NCBI RefSeq assembly: GCF_000315625.1
Contig: NW_005434634.1
Coordinates: 458,531-522,530, forward strand
Direction of reading: 5' to 3'
Length of the DNA: 64,000 bases
From: Guillardia theta CCMP2712
Lineage: Eukaryota; Protista; Cryptophyta
The translations under genes were made by a program, and so were the position numbers. Under the pieces are notes generated by a model that was not told the origin of the DNA, searched no databases, and saw nothing but the letters and a program-made list of their open reading frames with translations. Shown here in pieces: positions 1-15,000 of the stretch; position 1 is the stretch's first letter, and each line of letters begins with the position of its first letter.

Positions 1-3000
1 CTTGTTTTGGACTGTCTTTCATTTCGTCTACCATCCTGTCNNNNNNNNNNNNNNNNNNNNNNNNNNNNNNNNNNNNNNNNNNNNNNNNNNNNNNNNNNNN
101 NNNNNNNNNNNNNNNNNNNNNNNNNNNNNNNNNNNNNNNNNNNNNNNNNNNNNTGGAAAGTATTCAACCGTCCTCGGTTGATGTCGGAGGTCAACTGGTC
201 ACGCTAGTCGGCAAGGGCTTTAGTCGTGACAGGGAGTACGAGTGCGACTTTGGTAAAGAAGAACGAGTTGGTTGCCAAGGAATCTCGTTAACGGCGGTTG
301 AGTGCAGAGCACCAGCTCACAGGCCTGGGAACGTGAGTCTCAGGCTATGGCACGGGAACGGTCAGTTCTTAGTCTTGTCCCCGCTGCTTTCGTACCATTC
401 ACCGATTCGAGTGGACAGTATCACTCCGAGTTTTGGACCGAGCCGGGGTGGAAGTCGAGTGACAGTCACAGGGTACGGATTTCACTTGGAATCTCACCTT
501 GTATGTTGCCAAGGTCTTGATTGTCTCCCGGCTGAAATCATTGATTCATCGCACATTCTTTGTGTTCCTGCAATACTCAGCCCTCAACGTTCTTTTGAAA
601 TTTTCACATGGGCATGTTGTGGGAAGATTTGAGTTCTGTTTATGCGAGACGAGGAGTTTCAATTTGATTAGAACGTCCATGATTGAGAATCTATCCTACA
701 GCTTCTCCGTCCAAGGAGAATGTTTTGATGCAGGGTTACAGTGCCATTATTTATTTGATGATGGCCAGGAAAGCCTTAGGCAAATAGAGCTGATTTCATC
801 CACCTTGCTTTCCTGTTCCTTGCCGGTTGTTTTTCAAGGAATACGAGGAATTGAAGTGATTGATTCCAGTATGCGACCTGTTGGAGCTTTATTTGAGCCA
901 AATCTATCACAGATTCACTCAATCTTGCCTTCTCTTTCAAGTACAATGAGTGGCCTAAGAGTTACTGTAATTGGATATTTCCCAGCCACCAGACTTAATT
1001 GTCATCTTGGATCTCATCCAGGCCATGCTCTTTGGTACTCAAGTAGTGTTGTGTACTGTAATCTTCCAGCAGTCCAGAGGCCAGGGTCATACATGATCAG
1101 GGTTAGCACTTCCGATTCCGTTTCTGAGCTGAGCTCGAAACAAATTGTTTTCTATGAAAGTGTTTCCTTCACTGGTTTTCACATTGATGATTTAAGGTCA
1201 GAAATCCTCATATTTGGTCAGAATTTCAAATCAAATGGAAATGCCATTTGCAATGTTTCAGGACAATTGATCGAGTCAGAAAGAATATCTTCTAGATCCT
1301 TAAAATGTCTACTCCACATGAAACAAAGTGAGATAACATATGTTTCAGTCTTGGTTGACGATTCTCACTATGTTGTCGAACCACTCTCTGTCACCGAGTT
1401 GACTTTGCTATTCGTCCGTCCATCGATGGCACCAATGTCCGGAGGAATGATAATTACAGTAGTGGGGAAAGGTTTTGACGTTTCAAGGTTTATGACTATC
1501 GGAGGTATCAAAACTCCCTTTGAAATAATAACGAGTTCCTTGATACTGCTGTTGGTTCCAAGCATTCAACGTGAAGTATCCCCACGTATTTGTTTAACGC
1601 ATGCCATGACTTCCATTGGAGCTTGTCTTGAGAAGGCGTACTCCTACGTTCGTAATCCACATTTGATTGAAATACTTCCTTCAAGCTTTGACCAGGAATA
1701 TCACGTGATGATCACTGCAATAGGGGAACACTTTGATGATGCATTGAATTTACGATGCAAACTCAGTTTGATGTCTACAGATACAGTATTTCTCAGCTCT
1801 TCGAGGGTTTTATGCAGATTTGATCGTATTGACAGTCAGGCTAATTTATCATTTTCAATCCTCTGTGGAAATTTTTCCTGTGGCGATAAGAGTTTGTTGT
1901 TTTCATTCCCAAGTATTTATTTTCGAGTTGCACCAACAACAGTGATTTACGACCAAACGACTCTTTTGCGAATACAATTTTCACAAAGGCACAATCAAAG
2001 TTTGTACTGTTGTATAGGTGCGGAGCGTTTTCCATTTATAGCAAGCTCACGGTTGATGTCAAGTTGTGCTGTGCATGTTCGCAAGACTGCTGATGTATCA
2101 ATTCGGTTATGCAATGGCATGGGATTAACTGTTTCAAATTCGCATAAGCTTTGGGTCTCTGCCAGCCCACAATTGTTTCAAGTTTCACCGTCCATAATTT
2201 CAGCTAGAGGAGGGCAGCGGATTGTTGTGACCTTGGAAAGAGGCGATGCAGACGGCAAAATATTTTGTGCTTTCGGCCCAAGGAAGATTCTTTCTTTTGA
2301 CATCACGCAGAGCCTAATAGCATGCACAACGCCCAAAATTTTGGACAAAGTGCTTCCATTCCATTTGGTTTTTGAAAGCTCTCGAGTTGTAAGCAACTCT
2401 GTTGAGCTTCGTTCCAAAGTAGACTCTAATATAGTTTCTATCTATCCCACGAGTGCAAAGTATGCAACAGGAACCAGGATCAGGTTTGAATTGGATAATG
2501 CTCAATTGTTTACGTATTGCCATATCGGAGGAATCCAAAGTGTTCTAACCACCATTTCGGATTGGCTGTTTGAATGTGAGATACCATATGGGATACAGGG
2601 TGAGCAGAAGATTGCTTTGTGCATTGTAAAAGACTATTGTCTTTATTACGCTCAATCAATCTATGTTGAACCAGCTCATGTGTCAACCTTCAATCCCTCA
2701 ATCGGACCGACGAAAAGTGCTTTATTGGTCACTTTTTCCATTGATGCATCTGTATCATTGTCTCAAGCATATTACTGCCGTTTCAAAGATAAGACAACAC
2801 TTGTAACAATTTTAGATCATAGCGTCAGCTGTCATACTCCCTTGATGTCCAAGGAGCAGAGCGTTGCAGTAAGCCTTCTAGATCAAGAAGGAAGATCGAT
2901 TAAAGACTTTTCCAGAAGATTCTTTTTCGTCCATGACATGGAAATATGGTCCTTCTATCCCTCGAAAGGTCCTACGGAAGGATTTTATCTTACAATTCAT

Positions 3001-6000
3001 GGATTCAACCTAGATAAGGTTGATACTTTTGTGATCAAGAGTCAAGAAAAACCGATATTGCTGGAAATTTTGTCATCGAGCATGGTCAGAACAAAACTTT
3101 CTTCACAGCCTTGTGGTTACGTGCATCTAGAGGTGTATTCATGGGGTCGTTTGACTTCTGGACGGCATATCAACGTCAGCATAATACCGTCACCGAGGCT
3201 CAACAATTTGTCAGTATCATCTCAGAATTGCAGTCGGCAGATACTTGTACATGGAGAAAATCTTTTATATTTTGATAACATCAGAATTGTTATGAATCAC
3301 CTCGATCGCACCTTCGATTGCAGATTTTACAACGATTCATTATCGATATGTGACTTGGAATATTTTTCTCCTCGAGGAAATATCTCAATCGAAGTGGAAC
3401 CCTCTCCAACTTACTATCATCATGACGTTCTTCGTGAAATCATAAATTTTCCTTCACAACACCTTGTCACTCGCGTAGATCCCACCGTCATTGGATTAAG
3501 AACAAGTTCAGTCATTACGATTTTTGGGAGTAGCTTTCCAAAGACGGAGGAAGTATATTGTATATTACAAAATACTACCTCCGCTGGCAAAGCACTTTCG
3601 TCTTCGATGTTAACGTGTCAATGCCCCCCGATTCCTCGTATTTCAACGCTTCTTTTAGAAATTGTGATAGAAGGATGCAGATTGCAAACTACACATTTGA
3701 TTCACTTTACCTCTGCACTTCTTGTATCAAAGCTATATCCAACAATATCACTGGCTTCTTCCAAATTGACGTTGACGATATGGGGCAGGCACTTCATGCC
3801 GTCAATGAATTTGATCTGTGAGATTGGAGGTTCACAATTCCCAGCATATTTTACATCTTCGAAACAAATTTCTTGTCAAGCAAAGGATATGAATGCGGGG
3901 TTGAATTCTTTTGCCCTCACCTGGAATAGGTATGTGATATACTATGATCAGGTTTTGATAATGTCACCTCCAAGAATTACAAGTTTGTACCCTTCAAGTG
4001 GGCCAGCCGAAGGAGGCAATATGGTCACAATTCATGGAAATGCATTTCTTCTGTATCGAGATCTCAGAGTCTATTTAGATTCAAGGCTCTGTTCCATACA
4101 CTCAAAAACACATGAGATCGTAGTTTGTCGTGTACCGGCAAATTCTGATAATCGTACCGTAGCGTTATCAATGCTCGTTGAAAAGCATTCCTTTCCTGCT
4201 CAAAAAGGATATGTGTATGAGAAATATGGTCAAGTATATACATTAGAACGAAGCATTGGACCGGCCTCTGGTGCATCACTTGTATTCCATCATCTGCACC
4301 ATATCCCCGTTGTAAAACGTTGCCGTGTTGGGAACATTACAATACAAGCTAGAGTTTTATCTGAGACGTCAGTAAAATGTGAAACTTCGGAAGTTCAAGT
4401 GGGGCTTGCAAATGGAATTTTGCTGGGAGAGGACAATGCAGTGATATCGGAGTTCCGATATCTTTTTTATTCTGCCTCTTCAGTTCGCAAATGCATGCCT
4501 TCGGTGGCATTCTTGAATGGAGGATCTCATGTCAAATTGCAAGTAGACTTTTTAGCTGACACGGAGCTCATTTTTTGTTGTTTCAACAATTTTTCTACAC
4601 GTGGCACCGTGTTAGCAAAGAAATTGGTTCAATGTGGAGTGCCTGCCAAAGAAAAACAGGGTTTTGTGAAAGTCAAAATTTCATATTCAGATGACTGCTT
4701 GAATGATTCTGTGAACTCCACTTTTGACTTCAAATATCTGGATCTTTTGGTGGTACAATCTGCATATCAAGATTGGGACAATGGAATGAATCGAGTGATA
4801 ATCCAAGGATTCAACTTTGTTCCCTTGGATGATTTATATTGCAAAGTGGGGATGGAAAAGGTAGCTGCAAGATGTTTGTCCACAACAAAAATAGTCTGTG
4901 TGCTGTCTCAAGTCATTCAAGGAAACCATACAATCTCTTTGTATCAAAATAATTTTCCTGCTTCCAAAGCAAATATTCAAATAGAATTGCATCATTTCCC
5001 AGTCATTCACCATGCAAGCAACACAGATCACGTTGTGAATCTTATCGGGGCTGGATTTTCTACTCAGGCTTCATGTTTGTTTGATGCAAAAATATTTTCT
5101 AAAATATCTTGGGAAAGTTCAACAAGGATCTGCTGTTCGGAGGCAAGTCATACTAGTCATGATTCAATCCAAATCGTTCAAAAAGGCAGCGCTTCCAACT
5201 TGTACATTCTTGCTGAATACCCTATGGCATGCCCTCGTGTAATTTCAATGAGCTTTAGTATTGGCAGTACGAACGGAGGACGTGTTCTGCAGATTGCGGG
5301 CGCTGATTTTCTCAGACCAGCACACTGCCGATTTGGTGAAAAAATTGTTGAAGCATTGGATCAGTTTTCAACTTCTACACTGCTGCGTTGTATAATACCT
5401 CCGCATCAGCATGCGGTTGTAGAGTTTCAAATTGGCAATTCTGTTCAGCTAGATCATTGTCCTTCGGCAAATAGCTTTACATTCGTAGAGCACCCGACGA
5501 TTTTAGATTTACAATTTTTTCAAAATAACGATTCAAGATTTCATGAAATCAAAGTGATAGGAAGCAATCTTCCTCAAGAGCCAACATCATGTCTGATGAA
5601 TAACATTATCTATTTGAGTGTGAAAAATATCAGTGAAAGTCAAATAGTTTGCCAGTGGCCAAAGAATCTGAACATTGATTGCAAAAAATTATGTATAGAA
5701 AGCAAGGGATTCCACACAGAATGTTTCAATTGCAAATCACTTGTGACAGGCAGCATTCCTACTCTGAGAGTCTCACCTTCCCAAGGCCCCATTGATGGTG
5801 GTCAGGAGGTGACCATCACGGGAGACAACATTTCTGCTGGTAAAGTGTACTTCGGACTTCTCAAAGCTGTGAATATCACGCTGATTAGTAATTCTGTTCT
5901 GTTGTGCAGAACACCTGCTTCTGTCACAGACACGGCTGTACAAATATCATTGGTTGGAAGTGGACTTCATGGTTCCCAAACTACCTACGGTACAGCCTTT

Positions 6001-9000
6001 TTTTCATATTTCAACCCAATCAGTGTGATCTCAGTGAAATCAAAGGTTGGATCAGATGGAATTGAAGTTGTGATCCGTGGACGAAATTTCAGACATCCGA
6101 TGTCTTGCTCATTTCTCTTGAACACAACTACAGAATGTCGTGTTGCAAGCAGGAAGGCTAGTCTCCATACGAGCACTGAATTATCATGCCATCTGCCATA
6201 TTTGAGCTTTCGGTATGATTCGATAGCTTTGATTAGAACCGATACGGATGAGCGAACTGGTTGGCACAAGCTCTCATTTGATGCTGAACCGAAGATAGCG
6301 CTTCTTTCTCAAAGTACTTCAGCAGGATGTACAGAGTTTCGCTTGCACATCAAAAATGGTATCCCAGAACAAAGACATTTTTGCATTCTGGCCGCAAGGC
6401 ACAAGTCTATTTTATCGCTTGTGGTGACGTATTGGAACATGCATGTTTTGTTTGAATTTGCATGGGAACTACAGTCTTGCAATTGCTGAAGGAAGTACTG
6501 GCCTTTCGAATAGGATAATGACAAGCATTCTTGCATTCCCAGAATTTTTTGAGGTTGCTCCAAAGTCGATTCTCAAATTGGTGGCACCTTGACTGTGTTT
6601 GGTGCAAACTTGGACACCTTCCAACCTTACAAATGTTTTCTCGGCAATGTTGAAACCGTATCTATCTTGAAGAGCACTAACCAATTAGAATGTCAATTTC
6701 CCGAGGTTACTGTTGGCATCCATCAGTTTTCTGTTCGGTCTCGTCTAGACTATGTAATGAATAGTCAGTTTCAGTCAGAAATCAAAGTCATTAAAGCTTT
6801 CGCGATTGAATCCATCTTTCCTTCATTTGGATATGACTTTGGAGGGGCAACAATAACGCTTCGCGGGAGAGGATATGTCGATGAATCATTCGGTTGTTGT
6901 TTGAATACAACACGCTTGCCATTGATTCGTGCAAAGAATTTGCTCACTTGCAAGATTCTGCCATCTTTACCAGGCAAATTTATTGTTGCTGTGTCACATA
7001 ATTGCTCTACAAACAGAGATCCTCTTCTTTCATTGCAATCGATGTTCAAGGTCCTCCCAAAGCCCCAGATTGGCTCAATTGATCCTTTGCATGTTTTTCC
7101 TTGCAGAAATTCATCATTCTTCTTTTCAGGTACAGACTTGCACATTTTTTCCTCATGGAAAATCAAACTGGGTAATCATACTTGCGACATCACAATGGTC
7201 AATGAAACACTATTGAGATGCTCGGTTGAAATAACTACCATTGGTCTGTTACCTGTACATTTGCTATTGACAGAGTTTGATTTTCATGAGACTTTGAATT
7301 TTGTCGTAACATCCCGAAAACAGCCTAGCTTACTCTGCACTCAAGAACATCTAAGTCGTGAGCAATCATCTTTGGCCTTCATAAGCCATGATGATCTGCG
7401 GAATTTAAGATTTTCTTGCAAAACCACATTTGGCAAATTTGAGGGGCAGCTAATCTCTCAATCCACACTAGATTGTAACCTTCCCAATCTAAGGAATTCG
7501 CACGAGAATTCTGTGTTTGTGACTTTGCAAGCTGATCACTGTAGCTTACCCTTATTTTCCAAAGATTTTTCGATTTTGGAAGATTTGTCTGTGACGTCAT
7601 TCGTACCATCTACAAGTAGTTACATAGGAGATACCGTTATCACAGTGTATGGCAAAGGCTTTTCTCCAAACTTTACAAGAATTTCTCAGGATGATGGCCA
7701 AATTCTCTCAAGTTACACCATATCTTCCTCTAAAGTTTTGGTCAATGTTCCACCACGCAAGGCGGAAGGAAAGGTAAGATTATACATCTTTACAGATATG
7801 ATCCACAGAATGTTCTTGGGTATTTTCCGCTATTCTAATCCCCCAAGAATCGACCAAATGATTCCATCAGTCACAAATGCGAAAAATATTCTTTTGACCA
7901 TAGTTGGCAAAGGATTTGAGGAAAATTCAAAGTTCAAATTAGGTCAACGAATAATCTGCAAAAATGTTATGCATTTGGCAGAGATATTCATTGTAAAATG
8001 CTCCAATCTGCATCAAGGGAATTATTCTGTTTCCTACAGCAGCAATGGAATCAACTTTTTCAAGTCAAGCTTTACACTTGCAGTCATGTTCTCTCTGAAG
8101 ATGATCCTTCAACCAAGTGGAGGTTTTGTTATGAAGGGTTCTCTCATATCAATCCAAAGCTCTTCTCAGAATGTGGATTTTTGCAGGATAGGAGGAATTA
8201 CAATCAATGCTATACCTTCAAAGAACAATGCATATACATGTCAAATACCCAAGCAACTACGCTGCAACGATACTTCATGCGTCTATCCATTTGCTGTTCA
8301 TGGTCCTAATGTCCTTTTTCATACTCTTTACAACATTCATGGACTTGAGATATATTCAATACAGCCTACATTCATGATACAACAAGCGGAAAGTGTTGTC
8401 TCTATCCTTGGGAAACATTTTCATGGCAATGAAGGACTTCTTTGTGAAATTGCAACTTTTCGGAAGCCGGTCATGATGGTCCGATCGGATCTGGTTCTAT
8501 GTGATATATCTCGAATAAAACTAGATGTGGGAATTTCTCAATTAAAGTTGCTGCTAAGCAATGGAGGGTATCACAAGGAATTCATGGTCGATATTCGCCG
8601 TGGATTTGAAATTTGGTACATCTTCCCGCAGAGAGTCGATTATTCAGATTCGATGGCTGATAAGACCGTATGCTTGTATGGTGGCCCCTTCCCAACCGGA
8701 CTATCCTACACCTGCCGGGTTGGGTCAACCGCAGTGAGAGCTGAAAGAGTTGACGATGAAAAGGTTTGTATTACTATCCCGCTTTTATCAAACGGTAATT
8801 ATACAATCAATCTGCTTGTCGATCAGGTTGATCGCTCACATTCGAATCAACAACTTGAAGTAATACGAACTGAATCCTTTGACTACATTACCCCAACAAG
8901 GGCCTCTACAATGGGGGGAGGCATACTCACAATACACGGTCTCTTCTATTATTCGCAGGTTTTGCACTTGAATTGTCAATTTTGCAGTCATTCTGTGAAC

Positions 9001-12000
9001 GTCACTTTGTTCAATCGAACAACGTTACTTTGCGAGATTCCAGAAGGAATCACTGGAAGATCAACAGTGGATATGATCGACCGAGGGAATGCAAAGGTCC
9101 TGGCAAGGTTTTCATTTCTGTACGAGCCATCATTAGTTCCTGTCGTGTTATCTTTGCATCCTAGCAAAATCATAATCCGAAATTCAAATATCATCTTGAT
9201 ATTAGGGGCAAATTTTTCATCTGACATGTCGTGCAATTTTGGGAATCTTATCTCACGATTGTACAGCTTTGAGAATTCCTATGAAGTGTTTTGTAAATCT
9301 CCATATGTTTCTGAACCTAAAGAAATAGACTTCTTCCTTTCAAACGAATTTGGAGGTGCAAGTAATAATTTATCCTTTAGCTTTCAAAATTTGATGATCA
9401 CTCAGTTTGATCCTCCTGTCATAATTCATGGTGTCACAAAATCGATCCGGATGGAATTCAACTCAATCACTTTACCTTCTCGACTCTTTTGTAGACTTGG
9501 GGACGTTGTCGTGCCTGGCATTATGGAAAACAATCGACTTGACTGTTTTTTGAGTAATCATCCTTGGATTTCGGGATCATATTTCTTGGAAGTAATGTAC
9601 GACAACTCAGAATTTTGTCAATTTCAAGGAACTGTAGAAATTTTTGAAATTCCTGAACTTTGGAAGATCAGTCCTTTGTACTTGGCTCGAAGTCAGGAAA
9701 TAACCCTATTTGGAAAGCATTTCAGAATTGGGAAGGTTGAATATTTCTGTAATTTTGGTTATCAAGGTGTCACAAGGGTCTTGGTAATGTCGTCGACGAG
9801 TGTCCGATGTGTTATTTCTGCGCGGCAGAGTAGAGGCAATAGCGTTAGCATCATAATCAAGGAAAGGCAATCCCAGTCAGAATACATTTCTTCGAATGTC
9901 CTTTGGATCAAGCATGAATTTAGACTTTCTCTCTTGAAGGTTCAACACTCAACAGATTCGATAGGGAGACTCCTTGTGGCCACGTCGGGTGCCCCAATCT
10001 TGAACTTAGCATTTTGCATGATCAACGGACAAGTACAGTCAAGTCCTGCAGAAACAATTTCCTCTACTTTGCTGTTGTGTTCAAGGACTTGTACATTCCA
10101 TGAAACAAATGTTCTACAAGTGATGTATAATCATGGTCTGCGTTCCAACGAATTGAATTTCTCATCACCTTCAACAATTCATTTGACTGCAGCTGTCCCA
10201 TGGAAGGTGAATCCTGGAATAAATGGCGAAATAACTATAAGGGGCGCTTGTTTTTTGCGGTTTCAGACATTTACCTGCTACTTCGGAAATAAACTTTCAG
10301 GAACTGCTAAATGGAAAAGCAACACAGAAGTAATTTGCTCTTTGCGCCATGTCCCTTCAGGCAATTTCTCTTTAGCTTTGAAAAGTGAGTCAGCGATGTC
10401 TAACCAGATAATGATATCGGTTGGCATTGTGAATGAAGAGATCTTGATACTGCCCAGCTTTGGTCCATCCAATGGCGGACATTTTATGATCCCTGCATTT
10501 GATCAGATTTTCCTCAATCGTTTGACTTGTATCATGTTCAGCTCAGAAGAATGGTTTGCGCTTGAACGTTTCAACAATCGCTATGTAATTCCAAGAGCCA
10601 AACCAGGGAGCTGGAGATTGAACTTTGTAGGCGACAAATTCAGCATCATTCGAAATTACAGTCTGTATGAGGAAGAATTTCTTCTTTCTACTATTCCGCG
10701 CGTTGGACCTTACCAAACTACATTTGGAATTACAATCTATGGAAGGAACTTTCTGCCGGGTATTGCTGTACTATTTTCAGGTAAAGATGTATCGACAACA
10801 TTCATGTCGAGTACAGAAATTGTTTGCTTATCCCCCAGGCAAGAACCGAGAGAAAGAAATCCTTGTATCATCTCGGTGTCAAACAATGGGGTTGACTTCT
10901 CTCCTTCGACTCTCAAATTTGTATACACTGCCCAGCCAAAGTTCATCGGCATTTCTCCGGATGTAGTTTTGTGTGAAGAGAGAATACAGGCAGTGACGGT
11001 GATTGGGGAAGACTTCGAGAAGCAGGCACTGTTTCGATGTAGCTTCGGAGGACGCGACAGCACTCTAGCAGAATACATTAGTTCATCTAAAATTATTTGT
11101 GCTGATACCTTGAGCTTTCAGGGAAATTTCTCGCTACAAATTGCGTCGACAATGGACACCGGACATTGGTCCACAAAATTGAAATGCAAAGGCGTCCGGA
11201 AGTCTATCATTTTAGATCCATCATTTGGACCAGCAAGTGGAGGATACATCATAACAGTTGAGGTACAACAGAATGAGGATGACTCGAAAATTGGAGATCC
11301 GGTTTCTTGTATTGTCAATGGCAAGCATATCCCATACGAATTCGTCAGAGGATCGTTGATATACTGCATGCTGCCATCTATGGATCCAGGTATCATACCA
11401 ATCGGAATTCGGTTACATTGGGGAAGTAATGTTGCAACGGACATTCTGACGAATTTCCGTTGTCTAAGAGACTTTTGGATCAATTTGATACGACCATCAT
11501 TTGGGCCATCGTCTGGCTCGACAACAGTTTCGTTAGTTGGAGGATACTTTATGAAATATTCTGAATATTCATGCATTTTTGGATTAGGTGAGGGGAGAGG
11601 CCTTGTCGTGACCTCCACAGTGCTTGCATGTGAAGTGCCTGCCAGAAAGGCGGCTGAAATTGAATGTGTAAATCTTGCTGTGGATGGTTGGATGCTTCCA
11701 GAAAATGATTGTGCACATAAATTTATATTCCTGGACTGCAATCTTTCCTTAGCATTCGATCGACTGCAAGGGGCGCGTGCTACAATCAGAGGTTTCAGAA
11801 CATGCTTCCCAATACATTTCACCTATCAGTTGGTCAAATGAAGTCTTCGTGCACACAGGATTGTACGTCGAAACATCTTGTTTGTGATTTTCCATTCAGT
11901 ATGCCAGGAAATTTCACATGGAGCATCTTGATTGATGATAGCTTGGTATGTCAAAACAATCAAACATTGATCTTACACACTTCCCGTTCTGACATCGACA

Positions 12001-15000
12001 TGAGATTTCCAGTAATTTTCGAGAGCGCATCCCAAATTCTTTTCAAGGGCGAAAACCTTCTGCAAAACGATTCGATCACATGCCTTTATGATTCAATCAA
12101 TCATGAAACTGGAACAGTTTTGAGTTCAACTGTATTGATGTGCCCTTTACCACCTAACTTTGACTCGGACACTAGTTTGCAGCTCAGCAGAAATAATCGA
12201 AACGTAGGGCTTGTGGAGAAACTTGGGATGATAACTCCGTTTCAAATTACGCTAGAGCCCAGTTTTGGGACAAGTTCTGGAGGTACCAAAGTTATATTTC
12301 GAATGAACCAGAAGGTCAATTTTGTCCAAGTCCACTTCGGAACCGCTCCGGGAAAGATTTTGCGTCACGATGAACTTATTGTGATCATAGCAACTCCTTC
12401 GAGCTGTGTAGGAATGGTTGATATTCATTTCTTCCTATCTCAAGAAATCAATTTGGTTCTAGGAAAGTTTGAATTCATTCCTCCCTCCGTGGTTTCTTTT
12501 TTACGCCCATCTATTGTATCTACTCTAGGTTCAAGAGTTGCAATAGTCGGTACTGATTTCAGTCCATCATCAAGGTATTGTCTGATCGGAAAGAATGTGG
12601 TATTAGAGATCAACAGCATCAATTATGTTTCTTCAACACAGCTTTCTACTACCATTGGATATGGAATTCATGACAAATATCTGGAACTTGACTTCTACGA
12701 AAACGATCGTTTGATTTTGTCCCAAATAGTGATTAATACGGCGCGTGAATTTAGAGTTTTCAAGATCATTCCTACTGAGGTCGTAGAAAACAGAGAATTG
12801 CAAATCACAATTACTGGATCAGGTTTCACAGATGATGTCAGGATCTTTCTAGGGAAATTCGAAGCAAACACAACACTGCACTCAGAATCACGAATAGTAT
12901 GCAACAATATGATTATGAGGAATCCACACTCTTCGATACATCTCGTAACCCCTTGGGGCGTGAATAAGTCAGTTGAAGTTGAATTGATAAGGTTTCCAAA
13001 CATTTCTTTCGTACATCCCTCCTTTGGATATAGTCTCCAGAGTATTGCTTTTCGAATTGTCGGATTCAATTTTTCGCATAAATTTGTCAATTGTATTGTT
13101 GGAGAACACATTTACAAACTATCTTACGTGTCAAAGGACGAAATGATTTGTTTTATGCATTGTTACAAGCAACAGGGAAGGCTGAAAATTTCTATTAGCA
13201 CAAGCTCAGACCAACGCGTTCCTGTATCTTCGTTGCAAATCCTAAAATCGCCTGTTATCAAGGACGTAAGCATGGAATCAATACAACATGATTCGCTCCT
13301 GCAAATTTCGTTGAGCGGTGAGAATTTTCCTACAGCAGAAAATGTGGGTTGTCGACTAGGTTCAGTCATGCACACTGCATATCAATTGATTTCTTCAACT
13401 AAGTTAGATTGCTTCTTCACATCTTTGAGACTCGAATACAATTTGTCAGTATCAGTCGATATTGCTTCATACAGTTTCCAAAGCTTGAGATCACTTCGTT
13501 TGGAACCAAATGAAATTACCAATTTGAGCATCTACCCCAGAGTATGGAAAAGTAAAGGTTCTATCCCGGTGCAAATAACTGTTTACGGTTCAAAGTTTGC
13601 TCCAACTATGAACTTGTCTTGTAGCCTGAATGACAAGTGGCAGAATATAATATTATTGAATGCATCTCTACTGCTGTGCAATGTTAATTCATCGCTAAAC
13701 ATAGGTGTTTATAACATATCTATTTGGAAGGGTAATGATAAGATGTTGAGAGACAAGTTTCACTACTATCCTGCTTGGGATGTTTCAGATTTTTTTCCAA
13801 GAGTGCTTCTCAGCCATTCGAGATCGAAGGTTTACTTTAAAGTCACTGACGATACATCCCATAATGATCTAAGAGTGTTGATAAATGATTCATTTATTTC
13901 TCAAGCTGAAGTTGGTGAAAGCAACTTACTATATGCGTCGATTCCACCGCTTGTCGCTGGTCCTGTGGATGTTGCACTATGCATAAACATTGAGCAGACA
14001 AGTAATAAGTCGAATTGTCAGAACATTTGGAGTTCAGTCATCCTCGTAGTAGATCGTTTGAAACTGTCGGCTGTGGAACCATCTCTGGTATCCTCAAAGG
14101 GTACAACGTTGCTGACAATACATGGATCCAACTTTCATAATAGTTCTCAATTGATGTGCCGAATCGACTTTCAAATGAAATCTCCAGCAACATGGTTGTC
14201 GTCAACGAAAATTTTGTGTTCGCTCCCATGTCTCTTGTCATCCAATTCTATGTTGCAAGTGAGCAATAATGATTGGGAATATGATGGATCTCTTCTCCTC
14301 AGAAAACGCCCATTTTTTAAATCTTTGATTTTATGTCCGTCTTTTGGGTTTGCAGGTATGAGCTTATCCATCACGATTGTTGGCAGCCCACCTCTGAATG
14401 CTCTGAAGTATTCTGTAATATTCAACAACTCTGAAATGCTGGAGTCTGCTAGGATCAATCAAACAGCCATAATAGCAAAACTACCAATCGTATCAGTGGT
14501 AGGCAATTTTTCAATATCTTGCTTTGGACAGAATTCAATATTCCAAATTACAGATCCACCATACTTCCTTATGATCAAACCAAGCATAGGATCTTTACAC
14601 AGAAGATCTCTCATCACAGTATTTGGCTCAAATATACCAAGACATAGTTTTAGATTGTTTTTTGATGACTTACTGATTGATTCTGAAGTGATCTCGTCAA
14701 CATTGATCGAATGCTTTATACCTCATACTACAATACCCAAGGTTGTAAAGTTCACATTATCCATGCTATGCTTTGGTTTTGAACTTATGCTTCCTCCATT
14801 TGAATACGCTCAAGAGCCGTTGATTCATTCTCTGATTCCTTCATATGCATTGGAAGGGCAAAAGGCAGTGATTACACTACAAGGCAGTTTTTTGAGTTCG
14901 GATCTGGTTTTGAATATTGGTCATGATAGAGTACTTCATTTCCAATTTTTAAGATCAACTGCACTATCATTTGCCTTTCCCACCTTTCTTCAACCAGCTA

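Noticed and set aside
514-580. Possible 67-nt GT-AG intron that would fix the first frame break
   Set aside because: It restores the frame but removes the conserved SSxxLC half of an IPT domain, and the donor (GTCTTG) is weak.
499-585. N-terminus MYVAKVLIVSRL... of ORF 499 as a true start
   Set aside because: It begins at a non-ATG codon, and the other frame carries the IPT motif (AEIIDSSHILC) over the same bases.
6421-6570. An intron spanning the gap between ORF 499 and ORF 6589
   Set aside because: The GT-AG pairs I tested did not give an in-frame, stop-free join, and the intervening DNA encodes IPT-like sequence in another frame.
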